NCBI GenBank assembly: GCA_051047955.1
Contig: JBPGPT010000003.1
Coordinates: 744,001 to 808,000, forward strand
Source: Cystobasidiomycetes sp. EMM_F5
Lineage: Eukaryota
Direction: 5' to 3'
DNA length: 64,000 bases
Both the position numbers and the translations under genes were made by a program. Positions 41,015 through 54,609 of the stretch are shown here, in pieces. Within the stretch, counting starts at the first letter, position 1. Each line of letters starts with the position of its first letter. The notes beneath the pieces are model-generated. The model was given only the letters and a program-made list of their open reading frames with translations, searched no databases and had not been told where the DNA came from.

Positions 41015-42004
41015 TCATAATCCAAATAGCTTGCCAAATACGGCTACACCTTGAGCACCCAGTGCAGTTGCACACGCAACATAGTCTGCCCCAGCCGCCC
41101 TCATTCTTTCGTATCCTCCTCGATCCTCCACACCGCCCACACCCACAATCTGAATATGCCGCGTCGTTCCGTTGGCTGAGAAGAGTCGCTTCAACGTTGC
41201 AACATTCCCAAGCGCGAGCGAGTGCAAACTCGCTCCTGCCAAGCCCCCGATGCCGGTCCCGGCTTCACTGGCCAACAGAGGTCGATTCTGGCTGTCCACC
41301 ATGAGGCAGGAGCCTAGGGTATTCGTGCTCGTGACGAATTGAATGATCGAAGGGAATTGCTGTAGTGCCGATACGACTTCCTGAAAATGTTTTGCGTACG
41401 TATAAGGCGGTAACTTAAGCCCCATCGCCATTGAGGATGGCCGGTTGATACGTTGCAGTACTTCTAGATACTCGCTTAGACTCTGGCCATCATACGCTGG
41501 TGGAGGCTTTCCGGCAATGTTTGGACAGGAGAGATTGACTTCGATGTGTAGGCTTTCGTGTAGAGCATGCTCTTGTGCGAATGACATAATTTGTCCGGCG
41601 AGTTGGCCCACCTCGAGAGCAGAGCCAGTGATTGATATAACGACAGGCTTTCGCAAGCGAGGCGTATTGGGTTCAGAGGTGTCGATTCGTGCAAGTTGTA
41701 AGATCCAGTCTAGATAGATTTCAAGGCGATAAGGAGAGTAACCATATGTGTTCAAAGACGATATGGGACCTTCGCCAGACAGCTGCGACCTAGAAAAGGG
41801 TTGTACTGGGTCGCCTTTGACTGCAATGCCGGAGGAAGTGAAGAAGCCGTGTTGATGGACCGTGTCATCATGGCCGAAGCCGGTCAAAGTAGTTGTCCGA
41901 GTCGTGACGGCTCCAGTGTACGGCGAATCATATATGCTCAACAGGTCTGCATACGTGGTAGCCCATGGACATGCAGAATTCAGTATCGGCGGATCAAACA
42001 GCAT
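41015..42004 (-). CDS. Ura1-like (class 1A DHODH fold) FMN oxidoreductase, probable dihydrouracil oxidase; intronless
   Basis: ILNSACPW, GAVTTRTTT, SLNTYGYS, EVNLSCPNI, GLKLPPY, TNTLG, GGLAG, IVGVGGV. Arg replaces the Lys of the class 1A TKS motif. Confidence 0.8.
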   Translation of the reverse strand: MLFDPPILNSACPWATTYADLLSIYDSPYTGAVTTRTTTLTGFGHDDTVHQHGFFTSSGIAVKGDPVQPFSRSQLSGEGPISSLNTYGYSPYRLEIYLDWILQLARIDTSEPNTPRLRKPVVISITGSALEVGQLAGQIMSFAQEHALHESLHIEVNLSCPNIAGKPPPAYDGQSLSEYLEVLQRINRPSSMAMGLKLPPYTYAKHFQEVVSALQQFPSIIQFVTSTNTLGSCLMVDSQNRPLLASEAGTGIGGLAGASLHSLALGNVATLKRLFSANGTTRHIQIVGVGGVEDRGGYERMRAAGADYVACATALGAQGVAVFGKLFGL

Positions 42005-42886
42005 TGTGCGACAATCAGTACGCGTGTCAGGGCATGGGTCAAGGCAGACGCTGATAGGACAAAACCGAAGCTCACCACGCCATCCATCAACTCGCAGATA
42101 CAAAGACAACAACAGTGAGAGACAGAACTGCCTTCGTGTGAACAAATCATCGCGCTGGCAATGCCTCTAGGGTAATAATATGGATCCAGCCATGACCACG
42201 CATGCCAATGCCACGTAAGGTGACAATCTTTCGCCTTTTGCGCATAACCAAAAAGCGTTAGCCATAGCTTTACATACTCAAAGCGGGATCTGTCGAGAAC
42301 ATACCTATCCGCGCTGCCTTAAAAAAGAGACCCATGAAACTGGAGAGCAAGAGAAGTCAATTTCGTCAGACTCAAACCATATCTACCGGGCAAGTCTTAC
42401 CCTTCTTTGTTTCTGTCGACGAGACCTGGAGCCGTCGACCTAGCGTATGTGCATGTGCAGATTAGAAGCAGGAGGACGAGCAGAAGGGATTGAAAGTTGA
42501 ACAGCGCAGACTGAAAGCGGTATAGTCAGCAGCGTCTAGACTCGTACAGTATATCATCGTCTTACCATGGTGTATACTGCACTGCCCTATGCTGCCCTGC
42601 TTTCCGCGCTCAGGTGTTTGTCTCTTGCAATGTATTTGCAATGTATGTGCCGTGCTTCGAGCTCAAGCTCTCCCCAACTACCTTGGAGCTGCGATGTTTG
42701 CTTCCCGCCAATTTGAGCTGCAGATAATTTCTTCAGTGTCGCTGGAGCAGTAATCGGACACGACGGACGTGTTGGTCATGTGCTGGAAAGCACAAATCGA
42801 ATAAACACGGCTGAAGGTCTATAAGCAAGCTGCGGACAGGCTCGACTTATACGAATCAACACACTACTTTGTGACACATCTACACC

Positions 42887-45800
42887 ATGGTCTTTGTTAT
42901 CAAGCCGTCATTCGTCTCGCACACCGATGACAAGGGGCGACCTACATCCATATTCAGCTGCGACGTCTCCCCCGACGGACAGAGGTTAGCTACGGCTTCT
43001 TTGGATCAGAAGATCAAGATATGGAATACAAAACCAATCTTAGACGAGGATTCAGAGAATGACGAAAGTCAGAAGAAGCTGTTGAGCACCTTGAGTAGCC
43101 ACACTGGTGAGGTTGACCGCCGAGCGGGATGACTTCCACAACTCATATGCAGCCTTTCCGTAGGAGTCGTACTGTGTGTACGCTGGTCTCCGGATGGCAG
43201 ATATCTGGCAAGCGGCAGTGACGACCAGATTGTCATTATATGGGAGCGCGATGAGTGGGCCCATAAAAGACATCATGAATCGTCTGAGCGCGCTGAATTA
43301 GTGATTTCACAGATTTGCAACAGGAGGCAAAGTCTTTGGACAGACAGAAGAAAATCATGAAAAGTGGATAGCCAGCCGGCGTTTGGTTGGACACTCGAAT
43401 GGTAAGCTGCAGCATCTGCGAAGCGTGACAGCTGCACTGGACTAAAGTCTCAATCATTTACAGACGTCGGCGCCATCGCCTGGTCTCAGGACGGTTATTA
43501 CATGGCGACCGGAGGCGTAGATGGTCATATTGTCGTCTACGATGCTGAGACTTTTCGTAAGGCTATCATCATGACCGACTTCTGTATGACATATCCTAAG
43601 CAGTCTCCTGCAGAAACGATAAAAAAGATTCAGTTTCACGAGGGTATGATCAAAGGTCTAGCCTTTGATCCCGCAGGGGAATTTCTTGCTAGCCAGGTAC
43701 TTGCCTAGCCAGCTCTACCGATTATCCCAGCTCACCATTGACATCGATGCTATCCAGTCTGATGATCGTTCCGCATGCATATGGAAGACATCCGATTGGA
43801 GCCTGGCAAAGCAGATACAGGAGGTATTCACGGATTCTCCCAATACGAGCTTCTTTCGACGTCTCAACTGGTCACCGGAAGGGACCTTCCTCGCACTACC
43901 AAACACAGTCAATAACGGGGTCTTTGTGGCTACCATCACAAGACGCAACGAATGGGGTATAGGTACCTCGCTTCTTGGGCACGAGAACGTGGCCGACGTA
44001 GCAATGTTCAGCCCAAGAAGCTTTGTGAAAGACCCGGCGAAGCCAGCTACAGGCAACAACTTGTCGGCGGTTGTTGCCATCGCGGCCAGAAGCACTGTAT
44101 CGATTTGGCTGACCAGTCAGATACGGCCCATTGTCGTATTTGACAAAATTGTAGATCGAGACGTCATGGATCTGTCCTGGTATGTCGCACTCTCGCTAGC
44201 CTGAACTTATGCCATCTCAGCTGAATCGTGAATTGTAGGTCGAAAGACGGAAGCACTTTATACGCCTGCTCTTCAGATGGACACCTCGCTGTCATCCAAT
44301 TTGACGTATCGGAGCTCGGTAATGTTGCTCCGCCAGATGCAGGCAGGGCTTTCCTTCAGAGCTGGCATACCCAGCGTACGCCGCGTTTTCATAGCAATCA
44401 CGAAGGGCAGACAGCTGGCACTGTGGGAGCACCCAATATGCTTGTTGCCCGGAAAGGCGGCAAAGCTCGATCGGGCTTGACAAGAGAGTCTTCCGCCCTT
44501 CTACCTATCCCTCCACCTGGAGCTCCGCAGGACATCTCAATCGTCAATGGGCGACGCCGCATAAAACCGGCGTTTCTGGGGCTGGGCAGTATTGTACCAC
44601 AACCCTCGATGACTACCTCGGTGATGACATCGACACCTTATGCTCGGCAAAATCGTCCCGTACCTTCTTTAGAGGCCAATAATCAACAACCAAGCACTTC
44701 GCGAAACGCAGCAGTATTTCAGCCACAGCCACAAAACCTTGCACAGGCCGACATTGACATGCTGGATGCACGAATGCAGCAAGCTCCAGGCAGAGGCTCT
44801 CCGCACGTCAACTTTTTCCGAACTCCCCTTCAGGATATTGGCGTACCATCCTGGGGAACACCGCAAGATCGGCCTGTTTTGGCTGGCCAACAAGCTTCTC
44901 GCAAGCGACGTGCGGCTGAAATGGACTATGCTGATGAGAATGAACCCCTTCCTGGTTTAGGCCCGTACCGTCCATCAGGCCGGACGCTTGGCGGCGATCG
45001 GAACATCGAGCCGTACACAGGGGAAGTGGTTGAGCTGCAGCCAGCATACATACCTAAGACCCGCATAAACACGATTAATGAAAACCTTGCTTTAGCTGTG
45101 CCTGCGGTTATGGCATACCAAAGCAAGAAGTGGGATGCTGCAACAGACGAGGCGGAGAAACTGGAGTATCGTAACTATGCATCGCATACGAGTACGTGAC
45201 ATGGTGGACCAGGGCACCTGAGAACGTAATGCTGATCTACATGCGCCATTCAGAGCCTTCAGAAGTAGCTCTTATGGACGAATCCGGCAAAGTGCAGTGG
45301 CTGGACTACTTACCATCTGCCATCGTCATTGCAGCCTTCACACCCTCTTTTGCTGCTATTTCGTGTACGGATAAGACGTTACATATCTATTCTCCCACCG
45401 GGCGAAGGTGAGCTTCTTCTACATATTGCCGCAGGCTGAGTAACGCTCACGCTTTTTGGGTTGGGTAGACTGTTACCAATTCTTATCATGGACGCTCCCT
45501 GTTCGTTTTTAGATGCGTCGGCACAGTACCTCCTCGCAATCACCGCGCGTGGCTCTCTGTCAGTATGGTGAGGTCCTTTTCAAATGCTTGGCGTGCGTTT
45601 GCCTATATCGAAACTCAAGGGCGCGTTATATTTCAGGGACATTCGACAGCGGAAAGCAACCATCAAGTCCACAAACATCACTGGCCTGCTAATGCCGACG
45701 ACTGAAGCTTCGTTGTTGGCTCCTGTCATAGCTGCCGCCAAAGTCCGACCAAATGGATGGCCTGTGATCTCGCTCACAAACGGTCAAACACTGACATTCG

Positions 45801-46505
45801 ACGCGGAACTTGATAGCTGGACGCAGATTTCGAGTATATGGTGGGCGAAAGGCAGCGATTGTTGGGAATCAGCGGGCCGGGTTCGCGGCAGCACTCTGAA
45901 TGCCGGCAGAGGGGCTGTAAAACTGCTCGAAGCAGAAACGAATGATTGGCTTCAAGCCCAAAGTGGGAAGAAAGCCGCGAGTGTGATTAACCAAGCAAAT
46001 TCACACCCTACAACGAGCCATGACACAGTCGACGTCGATGTCGTAGCGGCGAGCGAGACTGAGGTCATACAGGGAGAGGAGAAGACTCAGCTCGGAGATG
46101 ACGACGACTGGAAGACGGCTTTGACGCTCGGCCATCTCGAGGCTAGGATGCATGCAGCAATTGTGCTGGACTCGCTGATGGAATACAAATCGTTCCTTGG
46201 GCAGTATGCCAAGAAGCTTGCGGAAGAAGCTTTCAGGGGCAAGGCTGAAGAGTTGTGTAAGGAGTTGCTCGGGCCGGTGTATTTGTGCGTGCATGCATAC
46301 TCCCAAATGATCGGCAATGTGCCCACCTGGCTGATGCAACGCTTCCAGAAAAACAAACCGTGCTGACCCGTGGGACTCGCATATTCTCGGAACGCACAAG
46401 CACGTATTCTTGAAAGACGTTCTAAGTATATTCAGCAAGACCAAGAACCTCAGCCGCCTGGCTACCGAAACGAGCGACCTCCTCAAGCGTATTCAATCCG
46501 ACTGA
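42887..46505 (+). CDS. HIR1: Histone chaperone Hir1/HIRA (WD40, B-domain, C-terminal Hira domain)
   Basis: [38 protein letters not shown]-domain [40 protein letters not shown]. Confidence 0.95.
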
Positions 46506-48506
46506 GTTGGAATGAATTGTTAGACTCCGAATCGCCTGTCGCAGTGTCATCATGTAGCTTGTTTGTAGCCGGCATCGATGAGAAGAGTACTGCACCATGC
46601 TGTCTGGTCCGTGATATGTCAGCATAAGCATTCCAATGCGGCTTCACTTGCGGAAGTACGGTGAAAATAAGTCGCAAGCCGTTGAGCGTATATCGAAACG
46701 ATTTGAATTGTCTGCTGCTCGAAAGGCAAGTGTGCCTCCAGTCTGCCTCTATCACGTCACCGCGGAACTGCTTGGATATCCTGCGTGTCAGGGATTATCT
46801 GTACGTATCTGACGGGGACAGTTCTGCCTGTGTATCGTGCAGGTTTGCGGTGAGCAATTTGCCTGTCGACGCTACCGGGACCCGTGAAGTTGAAACCGCA
46901 GCACAGGGTGTGCCCAGGCATCCATACAGGTTAGACAATGCACTGAACGGCTTTCCAGTATCTTCTGCGCCTTTGCGCCTCAGTCGTCCCAAAGTACTAG
47001 CTCTGGAGGACTTGACGGCCAGACCAGGTGAGCGAGATGGTCGAACGTGCAGTGCTCCATGCATCCATTATCCCCATATACTCCACCTATCTTTGTCCCA
47101 CGTCGTGATACTGCTCCGCTTTTATCGACTTTCCGCGCTCTTCTGTCCGCTTGGTCCTTCACGCGCGCGATCTTTGGCAAAGCGTCGAAAATTTTCGCGA
47201 TTCACGAATGAAACGTCAATTCTTGTCGCTGTACGCCTCGACAAAGAGTGCCAGACGCTGCAAGGCCCAGGCTTCATTCACCTGCAGATTATTGAACTTT
47301 GCATGGTGCAAGAAGCTCAACCAGCAGCCTTGAAGACTGGATTTCGGCGTTACACTTCCACGCCCCGGGAAGTTTACGCTCGACCCGTAGTAACTCGGCA
47401 TTTAAGCTACAGGCCATGATACGGCTGGGCAATCTCCCACACACGGCGAGACAAATCGCTTGGACGCCGCCATCATTGAATCCTTTTCGCTCGACGCTCA
47501 TGTACAGGAACGCGAAATCTCGAGATGGCATATAATTTGGGCGCCGACAAAGCCGTACCTTCGTGCTGAGAAATATTCGCAACATCTAGCACCAAAAAAG
47601 CGGCTGCAGTGACTAAGAATGCGACGGTTGGCGCACGTCATGCGAGAGTACTGCCATTGCTAATTGGCAAGCTCAGTCTGTATGCTCCCACACAATCTCA
47701 CCCGGTGCCTTTCCCCCTTTACTTTACACGTGATCTCTCCCGGCGTCCAAGGCCGGAATGCAAATCCTGCTTAGTCACTTCCGAATACAAAATGTTCATG
47801 TACTGTATGAGCCCTTGGCTGACGTTTCCTTGCTAAACTGGCGCGGTACAGTGTGGCCCGTCACCGCATCGCTTCTATTAGTGTGCGGTATCTAGAAATA
47901 CTGTATACCCATCCTACTACGCAATTGGAGCCACGCAGAGGTACCGCTTGAAGCGGCTCTCTATAATTTGACGACAGCTGTCAACTTTGGTCACGAAGCA
48001 ATCTCGGACTTAGCGAGACCGCCTCCACACAAGTGTAAGTGTGTTGCAGAATCTTCACCCAAAAGGGCCGAATCATCTCGCAGAGTTAGCTGTGCCCTGA
48101 CTGTTATCTGGATAGCAATACTGTACCTGCAGGCTGAAGCCGGTGTGGCGTCGCGCGCGTTTTCTGCCCTTGCGTTCACTGAGGTCAGTGCTGAAGGTCC
48201 TTGCCAGGATATTCTAGCTGAAGCGCTTTCCTGCGTTCCCTATATCCGATACATTCAATGCCGGAACTTCCAGCAGCATTAAGCCAACAAGCTTTTTCCA
48301 GGCCCGGAGGACTCGCAAAGCTCTGCATTTGATCGGGATCCATTTTGGCGTACACCCAAGCTTCAGCAGCAGTTAGCACAGGACAGAGCGGAAGGTCTTT
48401 CTTACCAAAGAGAACCTTTACAAGATCTGCTGTACGATTTACATCGCCTCTGCGACAAACTGTTTGATTATTCCGAAGGCCTGGCGCTGCGCGTAGGATC
48501 CCATGC

Positions 48507-51500
48507 ATGAAGTCTATTTCACAAACTGCAGACTCTCCACGAGCACTGCACCCTGAAAATACCGTTCAATCAGCTGTGGACTATCTCGACAAGCAAGAAG
48601 CTCATCGTGCAAGCAGTCACAGCACGCTCGTCAGTCCATATTTAGGAGACCGTGATGTCGGTCTTGACATCCGCCAGAATACCGCCTCAGTGTCAGACAA
48701 GCCCACATTATTGTCATCTGACTCTACTGAAAGCCAAGTATCTACCGAAAGCTGGATCAGTGGTGGCAGCTCACCCTCTCGAAAGCAATCAGCCGGCTCT
48801 TCTGCTTTTTCTGCGTTGACTTCACCCACTAATTCGGTGATCTCTCCAACTGTCGGTCAGCCTGAGGTATCGGACCGCAGCCAAGATGCCCATGATACCG
48901 TTGTGCAAACGCACCTAGTGAGCACGACCCATTATTAGACGTTCGGCTTGACGACTGATTAATAACGTCAATGACTTTAGAAGAGACAAGAACATGTTGC
49001 CGCCCCCGGACAGCTTCCCGACTCACCTACAGCCGGCACGACTCAGTATGGTGGAAGAGGATTGAGCACCCGAGGCCTAATCTCACAAGCCAGGCAGTCA
49101 TCGGGATTTCCATTCCCTGGCCGGCTGTCCCCCTTGGCCGAAATGCCATCAGCAGCAAGACAAGCGCAGGATCATGGCAATGACACAAACACAAACAATA
49201 CGGCAATAGTGCACGAAGCATCCATACCTGCATCGAACCTGCTGACAACATCTGCAACATCGCCGAAAAAGAGACCTGGCTCTTTAAGCGATCCATGGCA
49301 ACATCATGATGAGTTATTGGGACCTGCAAGTAATACTGGAGTAACTTTCACGGCCGCTCAGAATGCCAATCGCGCGCACCGCGGGCCCGCAACCGGCGCG
49401 CCTCTCGACACTCCGAAGAGCATGAATCTGGATAGACGTATCTCAGAACCCTCAGCAGAGTCTGGACTCGCTCAAGTGACCACGACTGAGCCACATCTTG
49501 TTGAGCCAGCACTTCCCTTCGGCCTCGCTCCGCCGTCTCGCGCACAGATGGCCTCGCTAGCCCAAGCTAATTTGTCGGTCCAGCCGCAGGCGCCTGCCGT
49601 AGCAACTTTGAGCCATCACGTAAGAACGGTCAGTCCAGTGTTCCATCCGCACGCGTCCACCAGATCGCAGTCGCCACGGTCATCGCGTGCACAGTCGTTG
49701 ACGACTATGTCAACACCGTCCTTTTCGGCCATTTCGAACGCGCAACATAACGCACTTTCGCGTCCGTTGGATAATGCTTATTTCGGTCAGTTAGCTCCCG
49801 GTTTTGTTCTGCCTGTCGGTCTTGCCGGTACTCCCGCTAGAATGGGGGCAGACCTGAGTAGTGCCATTCAGCCAACGCAGCATTCCGAGGCTTCTGCCGA
49901 TGGCTCTGAACGCTCCCGCCCCCAGGCAGGCCTTCTGGGTGGCCGCTACGATCATTTATCGCCTAGGCATCGCGCATGGACTGAAAGCAGGGCGCCGTCT
50001 CTCAATTCCGTTGACAATGTTGCCTCTGCTGCCGAGCTGCTACCTAACCGTGTTTTCAGTCCTGGCACTTCTCAACCGCCGCAAGCTTTTCAAATCAGAA
50101 AATCTGGTGGCGGGATTGCCAACATTGGCGAGTATGCGGATTCGGAGCTAGGGTATATAGCAGGTCAAGGCGAGAGCCGTCTCAGCCTTGATGGTCTGCA
50201 ACACCCGAGCGGGTATAGCTCTGCCTATACAAGTGGGCCGCCTTCCATTTCTGACACATCGACCGCGGGCAACGAGGACATTACAACAATGTCAGTTCCG
50301 AATTACCAAACACTCTCTGTTCCCTGACTGACTATGATTGATTACGCTTCCGTACCAGATTCGTTGTCGGTTTTCCTGAGGATTTTCAAGAGCGTGAATT
50401 CATAAATATGTTCACATTTGCACGAGGCTTCGAGGCAGCGACCCTTAAGATACCAGCATCGACAGCAGCGACACGCGAACGGGATGCGGCGGCAGTTGCA
50501 GCGGTCTCGGCCATCGCGGCGACCTTGCCACATCGTAGCGAACACATCAAAACCCCGGAAGGCAAGCCATCCTCAGCGCAATCAGCGTTCATACCCAACA
50601 GTGTGGACATCGTGCGATCCCAGCGAACTGACGATGGCTACGTCAACCTGCGCCATGACGTCCCAGATCATATAACGTACGACGGGCGTTCCGACCGGAT
50701 GCCAGCTAGTCAAACCGGAGAGAAACATCGGATATCGGCTGCATTGGCTAGTGCAGCTGCGCACGTTACAGCAACAGCGCAGGCAATCGGAAGTCACAGT
50801 AATCGTAAGCAAATCATTGGGTTTGCGAAATTTCGTACTCGCGAAGATGCAGTGGAAGCGCGAAATACTCTATCTGGTCGAAGAATAGACAGCGAACGAG
50901 GATCAGTGCTGAAGGCTGAGATTGCAAAGAAGAATCTTCATACCAAAAAGGGCATAGATTCAGCCTCGTCACTGTCAGCTGTTCAGGCCAACCAGTCTCC
51001 GTTTGAGTACGATCAGGCCACACATCGACTTTCGAGCCGATCATCACGGCCGACCATTGGTGTATTGGACGACTATTTGTTAGAGCGACAATCCTCTCGC
51101 GGACGCTCGTTGCTCATGGCACATTCATCACATCCCCACGGTTGGGCCATTAACAGGGAAGTGCCACTTGGCGATCTAGGGCTTTCCCTAGCAGACACAG
51201 GTCCGATCCAACACCAGAATCCGTTAGGCAGCAACTCGCATCAGCGTTTTGTAGACTCAGTAGACACCCATCTTGCTGGGCCTGTGTTGATGGCGAGGCC
51301 GCTCCGCGAGACAGGTCTTGACCTTGCTGAATCCAGCACATATTACGACGCTACGCCGATACTGGCGTCAGCATCCGCCAATACTCCAAATGAAGGACGT
51401 CCGACCGTTCGAGCCCTGCCGGAGCCAGCGACAGGCTTCGGCGCCAGCGCTTATGCTGGCAACGATGTAACCTCGAGACGTCATCCACCATCAGCGTTGC

Positions 51501-52430
51501 CCACTAATCAGCTGTACTATGCAGGATTTCAGGAGGGTGGTGAGGGCGGCCGCGACACGATCAGGCATGGCGAACCTCCAATAGGTCTGCAAGGTCTGAC
51601 CTCGTCCCCCAGCCATATGGCGCATGTAGCATCAACTGTCTCTACTCCAACAAGTACTTCCTATCCTGGTCGATATCCAAATGATCCTCGCGTATTGAGT
51701 GCAGCCGATTTAGCAGCAATTCATTCAGGAGATATGCGCTTTGCGCGAATGCAGCACAAGGGCGATGACAACATGCCGATCGCGACGCTGTATGTTGGCG
51801 GTCTTCCAGCGGTCCTGCCCCATCTTACAGGACCACTGTCGGCATCACATCTTGAGGATACCCTACGTAACATATTTTCCCGTTGTGTCGGTTTTCGCCG
51901 GCTTTCCTTTAGACACAAAAGCCAAGGGTGAGCGAGGTACTTCTGTAAACAGCCACTTCGTGGCTAACTGGCTGCCGGCGTTAGTCCAATGTGTTTCATC
52001 GAATTTGAAGATGTCCCTAGTGCTACCAAAGCTCTGCAAGAAAATTACGGGCATACGCTCGGCGGGCTCGTCAAGGGCGGAATTCGATTGGCTTACAGGT
52101 GAATGCCCTTCCATACATTTCCATGGCCGAACTGACGCCATTCGTAGTAAAAACCCGCTGGGCGTTCGCTCTTCCGCCATGACCTCCGGACCCATTTCAC
52201 CCAGCGCACTATCGCCGACCTACTTCGCAAGTGACGCTATGTATGCCGCGTACAGCTTTGACCCAAAATCGACTCCCACGATGGCTAGAAGGTCGCATGA
52301 AGAAGGTCGCGATGCGCGGCACAATGCCTCTGGCGCCGTCCTTCCTTACCAAGCTCAATTACCGTATTATGTGCCTAGACATCCGGATACTGGCAATGCT
52401 GCTGATTTCAACAGAATGCAGGGCGCATAA
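48507..52430 (+). CDS. Whi3/Scw1-like RRM RNA-binding protein with long disordered regions
   Basis: RRM1 ITT|IFVVGFPEDFQEREFINMFTFA..GFEAATLK, QIIGFAKF, VLKAEIAKKNLH; RRM2 TLYVGGLP, GFRRLSFR, PMCFIEFED, GGIRLAYSKNPLGVR. 5' exons uncertain. Confidence 0.85.
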
Positions 52431-53128
52431 AGCGTTGGAGACAACCATATACAGGCAACATCAGATATGACAGCGCCCCAAGCCAAATCTAGTCATTCCC
52501 TCTTGGTCAAGCAGTCCAAGTATGGTCGTCGCGTGTCCCTCCGACTCGCCGTCAAAAATCAATATTGCAGTTGAGTTTGCAAATTTACTTGAGAAACCGT
52601 TAGCATGAGACCGCGCTTGTCGTGGACTCGTCTCCTCCTGTGAACGCTGCGTATCCTCGAACCTGTTGTCTGAGCGGCTTCTTCTGTAAGTCTATATCTG
52701 TCTCACCACCGCAAGCTCCTGAGCTCATACGCCGTTGACATGCTGCCAGACTTCTCGGGCATGGTTCTCATGGCATTTTGCGAATTCACTTGCGCACACG
52801 CTTCGCAAATGGTTCGTGTAGTCTTCAGTTCATCCTTACAGTTATCAGGTGCATATCCAATTTCATCGAAGGCAAAGGCAAAAGCTATCCGCACATCAGC
52901 ATATTGCGCAGTAGAATGGGGTGAGGTAGTCTATCTGAACAGTCTTTGTTGCTGTAATTACTCCCGAGGTGCATAACCTAAGATAGTGCTTCATTATCTG
53001 TCAACATAGTCTTGGTCGCAGCTCAACAATGGCATCTTTCGGCACATACAAAAAGTCCGGCACAGTTCACAAAGGTCCACTGAGCGTTGCTGTCGTGGTT
53101 CCAATCCACGTCAGCCATGTCTTTTCCA

Positions 53129-54387
53129 TTAGGTTCGGCTCTTGCGATAATCAACCTCGGCGGCAACGCCGGCTTCTTCAACACTATCAACGATTTCCTG
53201 CAGAGCCTCGGCGGCTCGTGCGTGATACTCTTGCTGAGCCTTGACGAGTGCGGACAAAGCCTTTATAGGTTCAGGCTGATGACAGAATGTTGATCGTAAG
53301 CGAGTGCAGCCTGCAAGGTTGGGAAACATACATTATCTAGCATAGTCCGCATGAGATTGATGGCTTCTTCGGTCGCATTAACAAGAGTCTCTTCAGCGGC
53401 TTCGACATCCAGACGTGCTTGCTCTTGCTTCTGGCCTGCTAATGCCGTCTTGTATTTTGCCCGTGCAGCGTCCAGACTCAATCTGGCAGACTTGACGTTC
53501 TGGCGAGCTTTAGTTGCTGCAGCAATCTGGGTATTGAGGGTCGTCGACCACGGCTTCACAAAGTTATTGTTGATGGCGCTGTCTTGGGCGAGGCGTGCTT
53601 TGCCGACTTTGTCCTGCGCAACGGCGTACGTTTGCAGCACTTTGCCGAGGCGGACATCGCCTTGGCCCGAAGATGTATCAGCGACCTTGTTACCACCTGT
53701 CAGCTCGAGTGCGCCTGAGGGCATGTCGTCAGTGTCAGTCAAGCTTATCGGCCATGTCAACGTTCTTACTGTTGGCTGCGGCGCGACTGAGGGCATGCGG
53801 TAGGGTCTTCTTGTGCTCTTCGGCTTTTTGCGCTACTTCTACCTTCGGCAGATTGGTCCCTTTGGTAGCCTGTGATGCCCAGAACGTCACCGAATGAGCA
53901 GCATTGGAGCTGAATTCGCTGAGGGACTCGTTAATGTTTGTAGGGTAGTCGTATGTCTCTGTTGCGTAGACTTTGGTAATCTTGAGCAGATTATTGTGGG
54001 TTGCTTTCAGTGCATCGCATCTCCGTTCGAGTAGTTTGTACTCTGCGGAGATATGTGCGAAAAACGACAGCGCGCATGCGGACGAGGGGTAACAGTGAGC
54101 GCTCCAAAGTGAGTGGAGACTAGAAACTTGGCCACACCTTCCGGCAGTTCCGTCACAGCATCATCGTCGGCTCGGCCAATGCTCTCCTTGACGGACTGCT
54201 GCAACTCGCTGAGACCGCGGGTAAACTTGTTGGAAGTACTGCCGATATCGATACCGCTGACGGTATTGCTGAGGTTGCTGCTGAGGGACGAGAATTGGGA
54301 CGTCAGGTTCCTGCGTGATAAGAGGTCAGCGAGAAGCGGGTGCGACAGTTTCGACGAGAGAGCTCCCGCAACGCACTTCCAGGACAT
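53129..54387 (-). CDS. BAR-domain protein, Gvp36-like
   Basis: VTELPE|EYKLLERRCDAL, YDYPTNINESL, LPKT..HAL, ARLSLDAAR, VEAAEETLVNATEEAI, LVKAQQEYH. Confidence 0.82.
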
Positions 54388-54609
54388 TATGACGAGACCT
54401 CTAGTCGCGACTCAGTGATCTCCAGTGGACAGCTGCTCTTCGAACAATTGGCAGAAGTCAAGACCCGCACGCCCAGTTCTCAATCGACAAAACCCCTCGT
54501 GTCTTTCAGTTCAAGCCAATTCATCAAGGCTGAATATGCCAACATCGCTGCGCTGTGTGCTTTAACATGGTTCCACGCTCTAGACGCCCATTTTCTCCCA
54601 TCTTCTGCC

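Noticed and set aside
46661..47419. 252-aa ORF
   Set aside because: Non-ATG start, no motif, composition unlike the neighbouring real genes; probably spurious.
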